64,000 bases of DNA from an uncultured Actinomycetes bacterium (GCA_963850695.1 CAWKMJ010000001.1:267837-331836), one strand, 5' to 3'; positions 48,523 through 62,058 are shown, numbered from the stretch's first letter. The notes: generated from the letters alone by a model not told the origin. Numbers and translations are program-made.

Positions 48523-48552
48523 AGAGGAGCCGCCCGGTTGGGCGGCTCCTCT
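48523..48552. terminator. Hairpin between convergent genes
   Basis: AGAGGAGCCGCCC-ggtt-GGGCGGCTCCTCT. Confidence 0.75.
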
Positions 48553-48592
48553 GCATGCTGCGTACGAAACGCTGCGACCCTCTCGGAATGCT

Positions 48593-51500
48593 CTACCTCA
48601 GAGCGTTCTCGATCTGGGCCTTGGTGTTGCCGGTGATCGAGGCCGTGCCACCGAAGACGTAGCAGTCCTCGATCTGTCCCTTGTGGGCGCTGATCCAGTT
48701 GCGGGTGTTCGGCGTGAGGGACTGACCGTTGGTGATGACCGAGACGCCGTCCATGCGGCCGAGCACGCCACCTGAGGACAGAGCATCGGGCAGCTTCGCC
48801 GAGACGCCGGTGACCTTGCGTGAGAGCCAGGTGCGCGTGACGGCGTTGTCCGCGATCGCGAGAGCGTTCGTGTAGCGATCCGGACCCCACCAGCGTGTGG
48901 CGCCGAGGGTGGCCTGCACACCGTTGGAGACGGTGTTCGGGCCTCCACCGATGATCGTCTCGATCGGGGTGATGGCGTTTATCGCATTGTTGGTGGCCGA
49001 AGGCACAGCGTTGCGTCCGACAAGCAAGATCGGATAGCCCTCGGAAGCGGCGATCGGCGAGAGTGCGAGTGCATCGAAGAACGTGTCGGCGTCCGCACCG
49101 TTGGCCACGAGCACGCGGTCGGGTGCGGTGCCCGCACCGTTGCGTACCTGCCACTCGGCGGTGACGCGACCGGCGATGGCTGCTGCCATGTCGAAGCGGT
49201 CGCCGCCGGTGAGCAGGCGGTCGAAGGTGAGCGGACCGCTCACTGCCGCATCGATCTCTTGCAGCCGCGCGTTGGGCACCGAGAAGGTGCCGCCGACCAC
49301 ATGCACGGTCACAGGACCGTTGGCCGCCGCTATCTGGTTGATGGCCTGGTTGACCTTGGCCGGTACGAAGTCGGAGTTGATGAGGAAGAGTGGCGCGTCG
49401 TATGCCCACACCAACCCTGCTGATGCCAGCGGGTCTGCCAATGCACGGTCCTCGCCGGAAGCGATGATCACGTGCGTCACGCCGGGCCACGAGCCGTCGT
49501 TGTCGGGGTCGAAGCCGAGATGGGCCGTCTTGACCGCGGTGGTGTAGCGGTCGTTGTCCCAGATGCGGATGGCCTTGTAGCTGCCGTCGGCGAAGACATG
49601 GAACTCGACCGAGCGGATCGCCTCGGTGTTGCCCACCATGTCGACAGAGCGGTACTCGACAGTGTGGTCACCGACCTCCTCGACGCTGACAGCGGTACCT
49701 GTGACCCAAGCAGAGCCGTCCACCCTCCACTGGGTGTAGGCGACACCGGAGGAGGCGCTAGCGCCCGCGCCTGGCGTGTCGACCGCGGTCAGGGTGAAGT
49801 TCGCGATGCCGGAGTAGACATCGAGTGCATCGTCGGTGGTCACCGGCGGCGTGTAGTCGGTGTAGGTCATGACCGTGGCCGTCGTGGTGTTGCCCGCCAT
49901 GTCGGTGGCATAGCCCATGACCTCATGGACACCTTCGAGCGCCTGCTCGAACGGGCCCACGTACGGGTGTCATGTCCCCGCCGTCGATGGCGTACTCGAT
50001 CATGTCCACGCCCGATGGCGTGTCGGTCGCGGTGATGGTGACGGTGACGGGCATCGCTCGACCAGTCGGTAGCTTGCCGTGACGTCGATGGACGGATAGG
50101 TCGGTGTCGAGCAGCGCCAGGCACGTCACCGGATGCACTCGTGTTGCCTGCCACATCGGTGAACGTGTACTCGATGGTCGTCGTGCCGTCATCTGTCACG
50201 TTCACGGTCATCGTGGCGCTCGGCGACAGCCATGCGTGTAGGCGATGCCGGGCGGCGGCGGCGTCACGGTCGCGTCGATAGCCTGCGACACCCGAGATCG
50301 TATCGGTCGCGGTAGCGATCACACTGAACGGTGCTGCCTGCCAGTCGGTCGGGCAGTCGTCAGAGGTCGTCGGCGGCGTCGTGGTCGATCTAGACCGTCG
50401 CCGTCTGCGTCGGTCTCGACATTGCCTGCCACGTCCACCGACCAGTACTCGACCGTAGTCGTACCGTCCTTGCGAGATCAGGAACGGTGCCGAGTAGGCA
50501 TACGTCGTGCCGCCGTCGACGCGGTAGTAGGTCATGTCGACACCGGAGGCGTTGTCGGTAGCAGACAGTGAGAACAAGCATGTCCATCGTCTGCCAGCCG
50601 GCCGGATAGGTGGGCGTCGTGGACGGCGGTGTCTTGTCGATCAGGATCTCGTGCAGTCTGTGTGGCCGCCTGGTTGCCTACCCAGTCCCGTCGAGGAGTA
50701 CGTGAGCGTGGTCGTGCCCTCCCACGTCACCAGATAGACGTCCACTCGGCAGTCTGGAGACTCGGGTGCTGACCATACGTACGGAGATGTGACCAGAAGT
50801 CGGGCGGGTTGTCGTAGTCTGACCGGCCAGGTGCCCATTCCACGTCGAGAGCGTCGCATCATGGTGACGGTCACCGAGGTGTCCGTGGTCTGCCAGCCAG
50901 TCGGCGCATCGTCCATCATCGTCGGTGCCGTGTAGTCGAGCTTCACGTCGGCACGAGTCGAAGCCGACGTTGCCAGCCAAGTCGTAGGCCTGGGCGTCGA
51001 TCGTATGAGTACCCTCGGCAGAGATCTGGAACGGACCTTGGTAGATGCTCGGACCCGCGCCGTCGACCCAGTAGAGGATCTCGTCGACAGCCGGACACGG
51101 TGTCAGACGCCTCGATCGTGACAGTCACCGGCAGTGCTCGACCAGGACGTCTCGGTCGTGATCGCGACGTTCGGGTCGGACTTGTCGATGAGGACCTCGC
51201 GGTCTGGGTCGCGGCGACGTTGCCCGCGTAGTCCTAGGCGCAGTACGTCGAGCGTGGTCGTGCCCTCCCAGGATGATCTGCACAGAGCTGGAGTCGTCGT
51301 GGGGCAGCGGCGGCATCGGACGTAGTACCACAGCTGTGATGCGGAATGGCGGTTTCTCGTACTTGATGTGCAGGCTAGCCGCAGTCCCGAGAGCGGGTCA
51401 GTCATAGTCGATCGTCACGGTGACATCGGTCGACTGCCAGCCAGCCTGGCGCATCGTCTGCTCATCACCGGCGCGGTGTAGTCGATCGTGGCACCTCAGC

Positions 51501-54354
51501 AGCTGTCGAGGCCGACGTTGCCGGCCACATCGTAGGCCTGAGCATCGATCGTATGTCGTGCCCTCGGCCGTGATCTGGAACGGACCCTGATAGATGATCG
51601 GCCCGAACCCGTCGACCCAGTAGAGAATCTCGTCCATGCCGGAGAGGGTGTCCGTGGCCTCGATGGACACGGTGACCGGGGTGCTCGACCAGCTGGCCGG
51701 ATCGACCGTGACCGACACAGTGGGCTCGTCGTATCGAGATAGGCCCACGTCATCCACGGCCCATCGGAGTTGCCCGCCTTGTCGTAGGCGGTGTACTCGA
51801 TCGGTGGTCGTGCCGTCCTCGCTCACGGTGACGGTCGTCAGCTCACTCATCGCCGTCGAGGTAGTCACGCCGAAGGAAGGCGCGGTCACGGTGACGTCGA
51901 TCGCGGCCATCCCCGACACGGTGTCGGTTGCTTTGATGGTCACGTCGAAGGGCGCGCTCTGCCAGTCCATCGGCGTGTCATCCCAGGACCAGGGATCGGT
52001 CTTGTCGATGCCGACAGTCGCCGTACGTGTGACCTCGACGTTCCCGGCCACATCCGTACTGCGGTAGTAGACGTTGCGCGTGCCCTCGACCGAGATCTCG
52101 ATCGGATCCATGTAGGCCTCGGGCATCGGCGCCGTGTCCGTCCACCACTCGGTGAGCGCGACGCCCGACATGTCGTCGGTCGCCATCAGCGCGAGATCAA
52201 CATCGTAGTTGACCCAACCCGGAGGTGAGTCATCGATCGTCACTGGATCGACGAGGTCGATGCGAATATCCGCCGTCTGTGTCGGCTCGATGTTCCCGAC
52301 ATCATCGACGGACCAGAAGTCGATCGTGGTCGTTCCTGCCGCACTGACGAGGAACGGGGCCGTATACGTCGTGACGGCGCCAGCGTTCTCGCGATAGTAG
52401 GTCGCGGCGATGGAGGTATCATCGCTCGCCGTGATCGTCACGGTGACCGACGCGTTCATCCACGTGTCGTCGGGCTCGAGCGTGCTGTGCGGTGACGCAG
52501 CAGCGTACTCGTAGGCGCCCATGTCGCTGATCAGCGACTGCCGTCGTTGGTGCCGTCGAGAGGACGCGTCCAGCCGTCCTTGTCGAACGGAGGTGCGAAC
52601 ACGTCGCTTGCCGTATCGATCGAGGGCGAGCCGAAGTTCAGATGGAAGTCGCCGGTGGCAACCGAGACGAAGCTCGGGTTCGAGGAGATGTTGCCCGGAC
52701 CCGGCTGGACCGCCTTCCTCGACGTTGGTGAAGCTCGTGTCGAACGGGCCGTTCAGGTCATCGCCGTTGTTGCCCCACAGGATGCTGTTGATGACCGTGG
52801 CTGACGTCCCGACAGACCGAATTCCGTCGCCCGCCGTTCCGGCCATGTTGTAGGCGATCGTATCGTTCACAAGAGATACGGTCGCGTTCGCGCTACGCAT
52901 GCCTCCGCCGTTGCCACTCGCAGTGTTGCTCGTGACCGTAGAGTTTGTGATAGTCGCGGAGGACCCGTCGCACCAGAGTCCGCCACCGGAAGACCCTGCC
53001 GTGTTCGATGCGATATCCGAACTCTCGACATTCGCCATGGATCCGTTCGTGACGGTCATGCCGCCACCGTTGTTCGTGGAGGAGTTCTGGGCGATCGTGC
53101 ATCCAGCTGACCGAGGTATTCGAGCCCGTTGCTGTTCGAACACCACCGCCGACCGTCCCCGCAACGTTGCCCTGAGATCATCGAGTCGGTCAGAGCGTCA
53201 CCGTCGAAGTGGCGACCCCGTTGATTCCACCGCCCTGAGCACCGGCCATGTTGTCCATCACGGTGCTGTTGTCGACAGTCAGGGTCGAGCCGGAGCTGTA
53301 CACTCCACCGCCGGCGCCAGCTGCAGCGTTGTCCGACACGTCGCTGCTGCTGAGCGTGGCAGCTGCAGCGTTGAGGTTGAGCCCGCCGCCGCCGCCGACT
53401 TCGGCAGAGTTGTCGGTGATCTCACAGTCGGTGAACGACGCTGAGCCGCCTGTCGCGCCCACGACACCGCCACCGTAGCTGGCCGTGTTCTCACCGATGT
53501 AGCAGTTCGTCAGCTCGGGAGACGCGGCGGCCTCGAAGGAGATGCCGCCGCCGCCGGACGCCTCGTTCGACTCGATCGAGCAGTAGATCGAACACCGGAT
53601 CGGAGCCATCGCAGAAGACACCGCCACCGTTGCCGGACTCCACGCTGTTGCCTGTGATGTCACAGTCGAGTGATCGTGGCATCCGAGTCGGAGATGATGT
53701 ACAAGCCGCCACCCTGAGTCGTCACAGAGCTTCCGCTGATATCGCAGCCTGTGATCGATCGCCGGAGAGAACTTGAAGCGCCACACCGCCACCCGAGCCG
53801 GCGGTATTCCCGCTGATCTCGCAGCCTGTGATCGTCGGCGTTGAGAGAGAGGTCTGGATACCGCCGCCCCAGTCGACCGCTGTGTTCCCAGTGATCGTGC
53901 AGTCGGCGATCTCGAACACGGAAAGCACGCTCCAGATGCCGCCTCCGGACGTGGCGGAGCCGCCCGTGATCGTGAAGTCGCTCAGGGTCACATCGGTCAC
54001 ACTCACTGCAGAGACAACGCTGTTCATGCCAGTGCCCTGGATGGTGCACACGGTGTCATCGACGCCGATGACATCGACGCCCGTTGTGAGCGTGATATCC
54101 TCGGAGTACGTTCCTGCAGCCGCCCAGACGGTATCGCCTGACGAAGCAGCACCGATACTCGTGCCGAGCGTTGCATACGGATTCAGGACCGACCCGTCTC
54201 CCGTCACGTCAGAGCCGAACAACGGATCGACGAAGATGTCGTCAGCCATCGCCGGTTGCGCGAAGACGAGCGCACAGGCGAAAGCCAAGACGAGAAGAAC
54301 AGGTAGTGTGCGAACACGCGACGAGTAGCGCACGATAGGACCTCCCCAGAGCAC
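48593..54354 (-). CDS. Large (about 1900 aa) cell-surface protein: signal peptide, beta-helix, tandem Ig-like repeats, CW_binding_2; many frameshifts
   Basis: Signal ending AQPAMA-D; GSDVTGDGS..PYATL; (N/T)xAxxGGG repeats; DMGAYE; G.TT..Y.SVD.AGN.E repeats; ADPLAS/FFDALA/KLPDAL. Confidence 0.8.
50930..51695. repeat. Internal tandem duplication of an Ig-like module (period about 545 bp)
   Basis: Matching segments such as GATCTGGAACGGACC..GTCGACCCAGTAGAG.ATCTCGTC at about 51020-51085 and 51570-51635. Confidence 0.75.
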
Positions 54355-54458
54355 GGTGCATTGCGTGATTCGACTAGAACGCAGCCCGACGGCGAACCCC
54401 CGCCGTTCGCGCGCGTCTCAGTGTTCATCCCACAAGCCGCAAGGGAGTAACCCTCGCA

Positions 54459-56225
54459 CTAGCGTCTCCCGCTGTAGCGACGCGCCTTCTCCCGATGCTT
54501 GCGCCTCCGGCGCCAGTCCGCCGAGACGTCATCGAGTGCGAGGACGTCTGTCGACGACACGATGCCGACCATCCTCTCGGGGTTCTCGGAGCTCACCACC
54601 GGCACGCGATCGATCTCCGTCTCAGACATGAGGGCGACCAGATCGCCTATGTAGGAGTCCTGGGTGACGGTCGCCACGTCATGCACCATCACTTCGGCGA
54701 CCTCCATGTCGCCCCATCGCTCACGCGGGATGTCAGTGACGTCGGAGACCCCGATCATGCCCACGAGCGAATCATCGAGATCCACGACCGGCAGGCTCTT
54801 GTGCATCATGTGGACGAGCCGGTCGGTCACGAAGTCCTCGACCGAGTCGCGGGCAGACGCGGTATCGACCTCGCGAGTCATGATGTCGGCGACCCGAAGC
54901 CTCATGAGCCGGTCCATCGTCGTCTCGCGTCGCCATCGCTGGTTCTCAGAGACAGACACTTTGCCAGCTATCGAGAACGCGACGGCAGCCGCGATCAGTC
55001 CAGGAATGATGTAGCCAGCCCCACCGGTCGTCTCGGCGATGAACACGGTCGCTGCCAGCGGCGTGTTGTATCCGGCGGCGAGGAAGGCCGACATGCCGAT
55101 GACGGGGAGCAGCGGCCCAGAGGCGCCCGGCAGGATGCCGCGCAGGATCACGCCTGCATCGGCACCGAGAAAGATCATCGGGATGAAGATGCCGCCTGCG
55201 GCACCGCACGCGAGGGTGGCGATCGTCGCTCCGGCCTTGAGCAAGAGCAGAGCGCCGGCCTGCTCCGGAGAGTACGCCCCAGCGATGAGATCGGAGACCG
55301 TTCCGTATCCGACGCCGAGGGCCAGGGGCTCGTTGAAGAGCATGAGACTACCCAGGCCAAAGAGCCCGGTAGCCAGGCCGCCAAGTGCGGTCCTGCCCCA
55401 CAGCGGCAGCGGGATCTTCTTGACCTGCTCGCCGAAGAAGTGGAACGAGAAGATGAAGAGACGCGCGAGCAGACCCACGACCAGGCCGAGGATGATCGCG
55501 TAGAGGAAGTCCGGTGCGAGCAGCGAGTACTTCTCCGTCACGTGGAAGAGCGGCTCGACGCCGAGGAACTGGACGAGCACCAGATACGCCGTGACCGATG
55601 AGATGAGCGACGGGATGAGCGCCTGCCGCGTGATGTCGTCGCGGTAGGGCACCTCGAGCGCGAACACGATGCCGGTCAGCGGGGCCTTGAAGATCGCGGC
55701 CACTCCGGCGGCGGCTCCTGCGAGCATGAGCGTGCGGATGTCCTCATCGGTGAACCCGAGGATGCCGCGGGTCTTTCGCAGCATGTAGGCGCCTATCGCG
55801 CCACCGGCGTAGATGCTGGGGCCCTCGAGTCCCGCGCTGCCGCCGAATCCAAGCGTCGCGAGCGCTGCGAGGATCTTGCCGGGGAACGAGCGGAAGCGGA
55901 ACACGCCCGAGCGCTCGTGATAGACCTCGATGACCTCTTCGGTCCCGTGCACGTCGGGATTCACCGTGAAGTACTGCAGCAGAAGACCGGAGATCAGGAG
56001 TCCCAGCGTCGGGAAGAGCACGACCGTCACCGTGTCGATGCGCGGGACCGTCCACTCCCATATCCAGCGGACGGCGTAGTCGAAACCGGTCACGAACAGA
56101 CCTGCCGCCAGGCCGACCACGGCCGCGACGATGAACCACTTCTTCGCCTGCGACCAGAACAGCTCAGAGCTGCGACGCGTCATCTGCGCGTACTCGGTCA
56201 GTCGTGAACCGGTCGTCTTCTCCAT
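54459..56225 (-). CDS. CLC-family chloride channel/antiporter with two CBS domains
   Basis: GGSAGLEGP, FKAPLTG, GGIFIP, C-terminal CBS pair. Confidence 0.93.
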   Translation of the reverse strand: MEKTTGSRLTEYAQMTRRSSELFWSQAKKWFIVAAVVGLAAGLFVTGFDYAVRWIWEWTVPRIDTVTVVLFPTLGLLISGLLLQYFTVNPDVHGTEEVIEVYHERSGVFRFRSFPGKILAALATLGFGGSAGLEGPSIYAGGAIGAYMLRKTRGILGFTDEDIRTLMLAGAAAGVAAIFKAPLTGIVFALEVPYRDDITRQALIPSLISSVTAYLVLVQFLGVEPLFHVTEKYSLLAPDFLYAIILGLVVGLLARLFIFSFHFFGEQVKKIPLPLWGRTALGGLATGLFGLGSLMLFNEPLALGVGYGTVSDLIAGAYSPEQAGALLLLKAGATIATLACGAAGGIFIPMIFLGADAGVILRGILPGASGPLLPVIGMSAFLAAGYNTPLAATVFIAETTGGAGYIIPGLIAAAVAFSIAGKVSVSENQRWRRETTMDRLMRLRVADIMTREVDTASARDSVEDFVTDRLVHMMHKSLPVVDLDDSLVGMIGVSDVTDIPRERWGDMEVAEVMVHDVATVTQDSYIGDLVALMSETEIDRVPVVSSENPERMVGIVSSTDVLALDDVSADWRRRRKHREKARRYSGRR

Positions 56226-56416
56226 AGCGGTCGCAGCCCCCTTCCCTGCTCGTGGCGTGTGCCGACGGCGATCTCGACCCCTCGCGCTGTGCACGAACCG
56301 CGTGCCGGCGCAGACGCGCGAGATTCACCATAGCACTGACTTCGACACACACCGCGCGGCGCCCTGCCGAGCAGACACTCCCGCGGCGGCCCCACGGCCC
56401 TGCCTCGGCATCCTCG

Positions 56417-58392
56417 CTAGGCGATCTCCAGATCGATACGCCGCTCGGCCACGCTCGTCGAGAGTATTCGCACGCGCACGGGCTGGCCCAAACGGAAGAC
56501 CCGCCCGCGGTCATCGCCCATGAGCAGGAACCGATCGGCGTCGTAGCGGTAGTAGTCATCCGTCATCGACTCCACATGCACGAGTCCCTCGGCCGTGTTG
56601 TCGAGTTGGACGAAGAGTCCGAACCCATGCACGCCCGTGATGATGCCGTCGAAGACCTCGCCCACATGCTCGCCCATGAGCTCGGCGAGCTTGGCGCGAG
56701 TGGATTCGTGCTCCGCCGACTCGGCCTCCCGCTCCATGATCGAGCAGTGCTCGGTGAGCCAGTCGAGCTCACCAGCCATCACCGCCGACAGGCGGCTGAT
56801 CGAGCGTTCCAGCGAGCTGCGCCTTGAGCAGTCGGTGCACGAGCAGGTCGGGGTAGCGCCGGATGGGGCTCGTGAAGTGCGTGTAGGCCTCGGATGCCAG
56901 ACCGAAGTGCGGGCCGAGGAAGTCAACGTACCGCGCCTGCTGCAGGGCGCGGAGCAGCAGCGAGTTGATGAGCAGCTTCTCGGGCCGCGCGTGAGCGAAC
57001 TCGATGATCTGCTGGAACGTACGGGGCGTTGCCGCCCGCACCTCCTTGACCGGGTAGTCGAACTCGGCGAGGATGACCGCGACCTGCGCGAGGGCATCGG
57101 CGCTCGGGTCCTCGTGGATGCGATAGACCATCGGCGCCTCGGCCCGCGCCATGTGTCCCGCGACGACCTCGTTGGCCAGTATCATGGCCTCCTCGATCAT
57201 GTTGGTGGCCTGGGTGCGCTGGCGCACGACGACGTCCACCGGGGTGGTGCCGTCCTCGGCCAGCCGCACCTTGGCCTCCACCGTCTCGAAGTCGAGACCG
57301 CCGCGCGCGACACGTCGCTCGCCGATCAGCGCGGCGACCCGTGCGAACTCGGTGAGCAGACGCTCTGACTCCGCGTCCGGGTACGGGGTCTCGCCGTCGA
57401 GCATGCTCTGGACCGAGCCGTAGTCGAACCTGCGATCCGAGCGGATCACCGAAGGGAACAGCTCGTAGGAGTCGACCTTGCCGCCATCGCCGAGCACCAT
57501 GCGCACGGTGAACGCGAGCCGGTCCTCTCCTGGGTTGAGCGAGCACACGCCGTTGGAGAGCTCCTCTGGGAGCATGGGGATGACCCGGTCGACCAGGTAG
57601 ACCGATGTCGCCCGCTTCCGCGCCTCCTCGTCGATCGGTGAGTCCCACGCGACGTAGTGGCTCACGTCGGCGATGTGCACGCCGAGGACCACGCGGCCGT
57701 CCTCGCGCTCGATGCTGATCGCGTCGTCGAAGTCCTTCGCGTCGACAGGATCGATCGTGACCGTGAAGAGATCGCGCAGGTCCGCGCGACCCTGCTCGAG
57801 CTCGGCATCGGTGTCCTGGGAGATACGTGAGGCCTGCTCCTCGGCATCAGCGGGGAACTCGGTACGCAGCCCGTGCTCCCGGATGATGACCTCGATCTCG
57901 AGCCCGGGCTCCCCCTCCTGGCCGAGGACCTCGACGACGACGCCCTGCGCCGCGTGGCTTGCGAGACGGATAGGCCACGATGTCGGCGACGACGATGTCG
58001 CCTCTCTCGGCGCCCGCCGTATCGCGACCCTGGACGAAGATGTCGTGGCGCAGGCGTGGGTCGGTCGGCACCACGATGCCGAGAGCGCCGTGCCGCTCGA
58101 AACGACCCACGATGCTCTCGTGCGCACGCTCGAGGACCTTCATCACGACGCCCGAGCGGCCGCGCTTGCCATGGCTCGCGCCCAGCCGGACGCCCACGGT
58201 GTCGCCGTGCATCGCACCGCCCGTCCGCTTGGCCGGGACGTAGATGTCTCCCTCGGCAGACTCGACGAAACCGTAGCCCTTGCGGTTCATCTGGATACGA
58301 CCGACGATCAGCCCCGCCGAGGAGGCCTTGCGAGTCTTGCGCTGTTTGCGAGCACGTCCTTGCTGACGGATGCGCTTGTCACCCTTCGCCAT
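56417..58392 (-). CDS. rnr: Ribonuclease R; frameshifted
   Basis: GYGFV CSD, TIDPVDAKDFDDA, IADVSHYV, HFTSPIRRYPDL, S1 domain. Confidence 0.96.
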
Positions 58393-58543
58393 CGCGGCCC
58401 CTCCAACGCTCGGCCGGGTCGTTCCCCTCGAGACTACCGCAACTCACCACCCCGCCGAGAAGAACACGGATGAGACCCGCGCGCTGTCGGAGCCCGATGG
58501 TAGAATCACTCTAGACACGAACGAGAAGGGACAGGTTCACTTC

Positions 58544-58969
58544 ATGGAGCACAACCACCCGTTGGCGCCGGTACTGATCGGCAGCGGCACGCTGACTCAC
58601 CCGCGAGACATGATTCGCGCGCTCGAGACCCTTGAGGCGGTGGAGTACGCCTACATCGTCGACGGCGACACGATCTCTGAGGGCGCGGCTACGCTCGTCA
58701 AGATCATGGCTGACTCAGGGTCGGCGACGATCGTCGTCAACGGCTGCCTGTTCCTCAACGTCTCCAGCTTCCGGTATCTGGACTTCTCGACCGACGACGA
58801 CGGCCTGTGCGCGATCGCGCTGCATGGCGACGGCCTGACCCTGTCGCTTCGCTCGCTGGGCGAGGCCGATGGGGATACCGTTGCGCGCGGTCAGCTCAAG
58901 CTGCTCGAAGACGCGGGATTCGATCTCGAGTCCTTCGTCGTCACCGACGAAGACGAAGAGGACGAGTAG
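58544..58969 (+). CDS. Hypothetical protein with acidic tail
   Basis: Clean 141-aa ORF, AAGGGA RBS, upstream TAGAAT. Confidence 0.7.
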   Translation: MEHNHPLAPVLIGSGTLTHPRDMIRALETLEAVEYAYIVDGDTISEGAATLVKIMADSGSATIVVNGCLFLNVSSFRYLDFSTDDDGLCAIALHGDGLTLSLRSLGEADGDTVARGQLKLLEDAGFDLESFVVTDEDEEDE

Positions 58970-59021
58970 CCGAGGCTGCTCTGCCGAGGCGAGCGGCCGC
59001 TGACGCGATGAGAAGCCGCGC

Positions 59022-60210
59022 CTAGAGTTCGGCCTTCAGCAGCTCGATCGCCTTCTGGAGCTGGACGTCCGACTCCTCATCCGACTGCGCTTCGGGGTCC
59101 ATCTCGACGACCGTGTCCGGGACGACACCGACGCCGTCGATCGTGCGTCCCTGCGGCGTGAGGTAGTGTGCGATCGTGAACTTCACTCCGCCGCCGAAGC
59201 TCAGCGGCTCGACGGTCTGGACGCTGCCCTTCCCGAAGCTCGTGACGCCCACGATCGCGCCGCGGGAGTAGTCCTGGATCGCTCCGGCGAAGACCTCACT
59301 GGCCGAGGCTGAGTTCTCGTTGACGAGAACGACGATGGGCTTGTCGGTCGCGTGCTGACCGGTCGCCAGATGCTCGATCTCATCCCGATTGCGCTCGTCC
59401 ACGCGAACGATGACACCTTCCGGGATGAAGAGGGAGGCCACATCGACTGCCTCCTGCAGGAGACCGCCCGGGTTGTCACGCATGTCGATGACGAAGCCCT
59501 GCGCACCCTCGGCTTCCAGACTCTCTATCTCCGCGTGCATGTCCTCGGCGGTGACGCCGTTGAACGACATCACACGGATGTAGCCGACGTCATCGCCCTC
59601 CATCCGGGCCATGACATTGGGGATGTTGATCTTGGCGCGCTCGATCGTGAAGGTCTTGTTCTCGTCGTCGGCCGGGCGGTAGACCTCGAGCTCCACCGTC
59701 GTCCCCTCGGGACCCCTGATGCGCGTGACTGACCTCATCGAGCGTCCAGACATCCTGCGTGATGTCGTCGACTCGCACGATCTGGTCGTCGGCCTGCAGG
59801 CCGGCCCCCTCGGCAGGGGTGCCCTCGATGACCGACACCACGGAGACCACGCCATCGCTCTCGGAGATCGTCACGCCGATGCCATGGAACTCCCCGTCGG
59901 TCTGCTCGTTGAAGTACTCGTAGCTCTCGGGGTCGAAGTACGCAGCGTAGGGATCGCCCGTTCCGTCGAGCAGCCCCTGGACGGCGCCTGCCGTCTTGGA
60001 CTCCTCCGACGTCTCCTCCAGAGCACGCATATCGATCAGCTGCTCGACCTCGCTGATCTGCTCGGTGAGCGAGGAGGTCGGGACCTCCATGCCGAGGAGC
60101 GCCATCCAGTTGGGGATCGCCCGGTCGAACATGATCCCGCTGGCAAACGCGCCCACAATGAGCACGAGCAGGACGACGATGATGGCTATGGTGCTGGCCG
60201 CACGCTTCAT
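59022..60210 (-). CDS. ctpA: S41 carboxyl-terminal processing protease; frameshifted
   Basis: DPYAAY, GIGV (PDZ), DMRDNPGG, SASASE, SFGKGSVQ. Confidence 0.93.
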
Positions 60211-60244
60211 GTATGTCCGATCGCTGGGATTCGGGGCAGGTCGC

Positions 60245-61159
60245 CTAGACCTTGAGGTAGCGCCTGAGCGCGAACCCTGAGCCCACGAGCCCGATGAAGA
60301 TACCTGCAGCGATCAGGATGAGCGACATCTGTACCAAAGCGCCCGTCGGCAGATCCACCGGCATGAAGGGCAGCGCTTCGGTCAGTCTTGGCAGCAGGAG
60401 CGCCTGTGAGGTCACGATCACAAGGATCGCCAAACCAGCGCCGATGAGGGCCTGCATGATGCCTTCAAGAAGGAACGGCGCGCGGATGAACCAGTTCGAC
60501 GCGCCCACCAGGCGCATGATGCCGATCTCCTTGCGACGAGCGTAGATCGCCAGCCGGATCGTGTTGTTGATGAAGATGAGGCTGACCACCGCGAGCATCG
60601 CGATGAACACGACGCCGATGTAGCGGATGATCCTCGTGACGGCGAACAGCTGGTCGACGACCTGCTGGCCGTATTTCAGCGACTCCTCGGGGTTGTCAGG
60701 GCGGTCCGCGATCGCGATGAAGAGATCGCTGTCCTTGATCTTCGTCACAACGACAGTGACATCCCGCGGCTCGTTGAGCGTGACGTCGAGGGAGGCCGGC
60801 AGCGGGTTGCCCTCGATCTGCTCGACGATCTCGGGGCTCTCGGCCATCTGCTCCTTGAACTTCTCAAGCGCCTCCTCCTTGGAGGTGTAGTCGACACTTG
60901 CGACGAGCTCGTCGTCGAGCAGGTACTGCTGGAGCGCATCGACATCTTCGGTCGCGACGCCGTCCTTGATGAAGACCTGGATCGTCACCTTGCCCTCGAC
61001 GTCCTGGACGATCTCCTGCACGACGTAGCCCGCCGCGAGCGAGAGACCCACAAGCAGCAGCGACATGAAGATAGTGATGACCGCACCCAGGCTCATCACC
61101 CAGTTGCGACGGAAGTTCTGGACGGACTCACGGACGAAGTATCCGGCGTTAATCGCCAT
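60245..61159 (-). CDS. ftsX: Cell division permease
   Basis: [36 protein letters not shown]. Confidence 0.97.
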   Translation of the reverse strand: MAINAGYFVRESVQNFRRNWVMSLGAVITIFMSLLLVGLSLAAGYVVQEIVQDVEGKVTIQVFIKDGVATEDVDALQQYLLDDELVASVDYTSKEEALEKFKEQMAESPEIVEQIEGNPLPASLDVTLNEPRDVTVVVTKIKDSDLFIAIADRPDNPEESLKYGQQVVDQLFAVTRIIRYIGVVFIAMLAVVSLIFINNTIRLAIYARRKEIGIMRLVGASNWFIRAPFLLEGIMQALIGAGLAILVIVTSQALLLPRLTEALPFMPVDLPTGALVQMSLILIAAGIFIGLVGSGFALRRYLKV

Positions 61160-61835
61160 AGCCGTACACCCCCCGGTCCTGGTCGCGCACTACTCGCCCG
61201 TTCTCGAGCGCGATGACACGCTTGCGCATCGAGTCGACCATCTCGCGGTCGTGCGTGGCGATGAGCACGGTCGTGCCCGTCTTGTTGATGCGGTTGAGCA
61301 GGCTCATGATGCCGAGCGACGTCGCCGGATCCAGGTTGCCCGTGGGCTCGTCGGCAAGCAGGAGCGGCGGCCGGTTGACGAAGGCGCGCGCGATCGAGAC
61401 ACGCTGCTGTTCGCCACCGGAGAGCTCGTCCGGGTAGCTGTCGACCTTGTCCTCGAGACCGACGAGGCGAAGCACCTCGGGAACCTGCGTGCGGATGACG
61501 TGGCGGCTGCGACCGATGACCTCGAGCGCGAACGCCACGTTCTCATATGATGTCTTGTTGGGAAGCAGCTTGAAGTCCTGGAAGACACAGCCGATGTTGC
61601 GGCGCAGGTACGGGACCTTCCAGTTCTTGAGCTTGATCAAGTCCTGCTGGGCAACGACGATCTGGCCGTTCGTCGGCATGATCTCGCGCAGCAGCAGCTT
61701 GATGAAGGTCGACTTGCCGGAACCGGAATGGCCAACGAGGAAGACGAACTCTCCCTGTTCGATCTCGACGTTGACGTCCACGAGTGCGGGCTTCTCGGGT
61801 GCGTAGGACTTCTCGACGCCGCGCATGCTGATCAT
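61149..61835 (-). CDS. ftsE: Cell division ATP-binding protein
   Basis: [34 protein letters not shown]. Confidence 0.98.
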   Translation of the reverse strand: MISMRGVEKSYAPEKPALVDVNVEIEQGEFVFLVGHSGSGKSTFIKLLLREIMPTNGQIVVAQQDLIKLKNWKVPYLRRNIGCVFQDFKLLPNKTSYENVAFALEVIGRSRHVIRTQVPEVLRLVGLEDKVDSYPDELSGGEQQRVSIARAFVNRPPLLLADEPTGNLDPATSLGIMSLLNRINKTGTTVLIATHDREMVDSMRKRVIALENGRVVRDQDRGVYGYGD

Positions 61836-62058
61836 CTACTGCATCACATCCTGTATCTATGTTCTTCATGGGCGCGTCAAACCCCGGACAATGGTAGCAG
61901 AATGGGGCTGGATGCAAGCACCTTGGACCGGGAATCTCCACCGAATCGTCATGTGGGTTGCAGGCGGCTCTTTTCGTCGCAGCCGAGGGTTCTGAACAGC
62001 CGGAGGCAACGTCGTGCGGGTTCACCTTTCTGACCAGCGAGAAGAACGCTCTCTTGAG

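Noticed and set aside
50300-52450. Recurrent similar segments as a CRISPR array
   Set aside because: They are long degenerate coding repeats (Ig-like modules), not identical short repeats with unique spacers, and no cas genes are present
54360-54450. Possible c-di-GMP riboswitch upstream of the giant surface protein
   Set aside because: Only a generic GC hairpin; the conserved GEMM motifs are not evident
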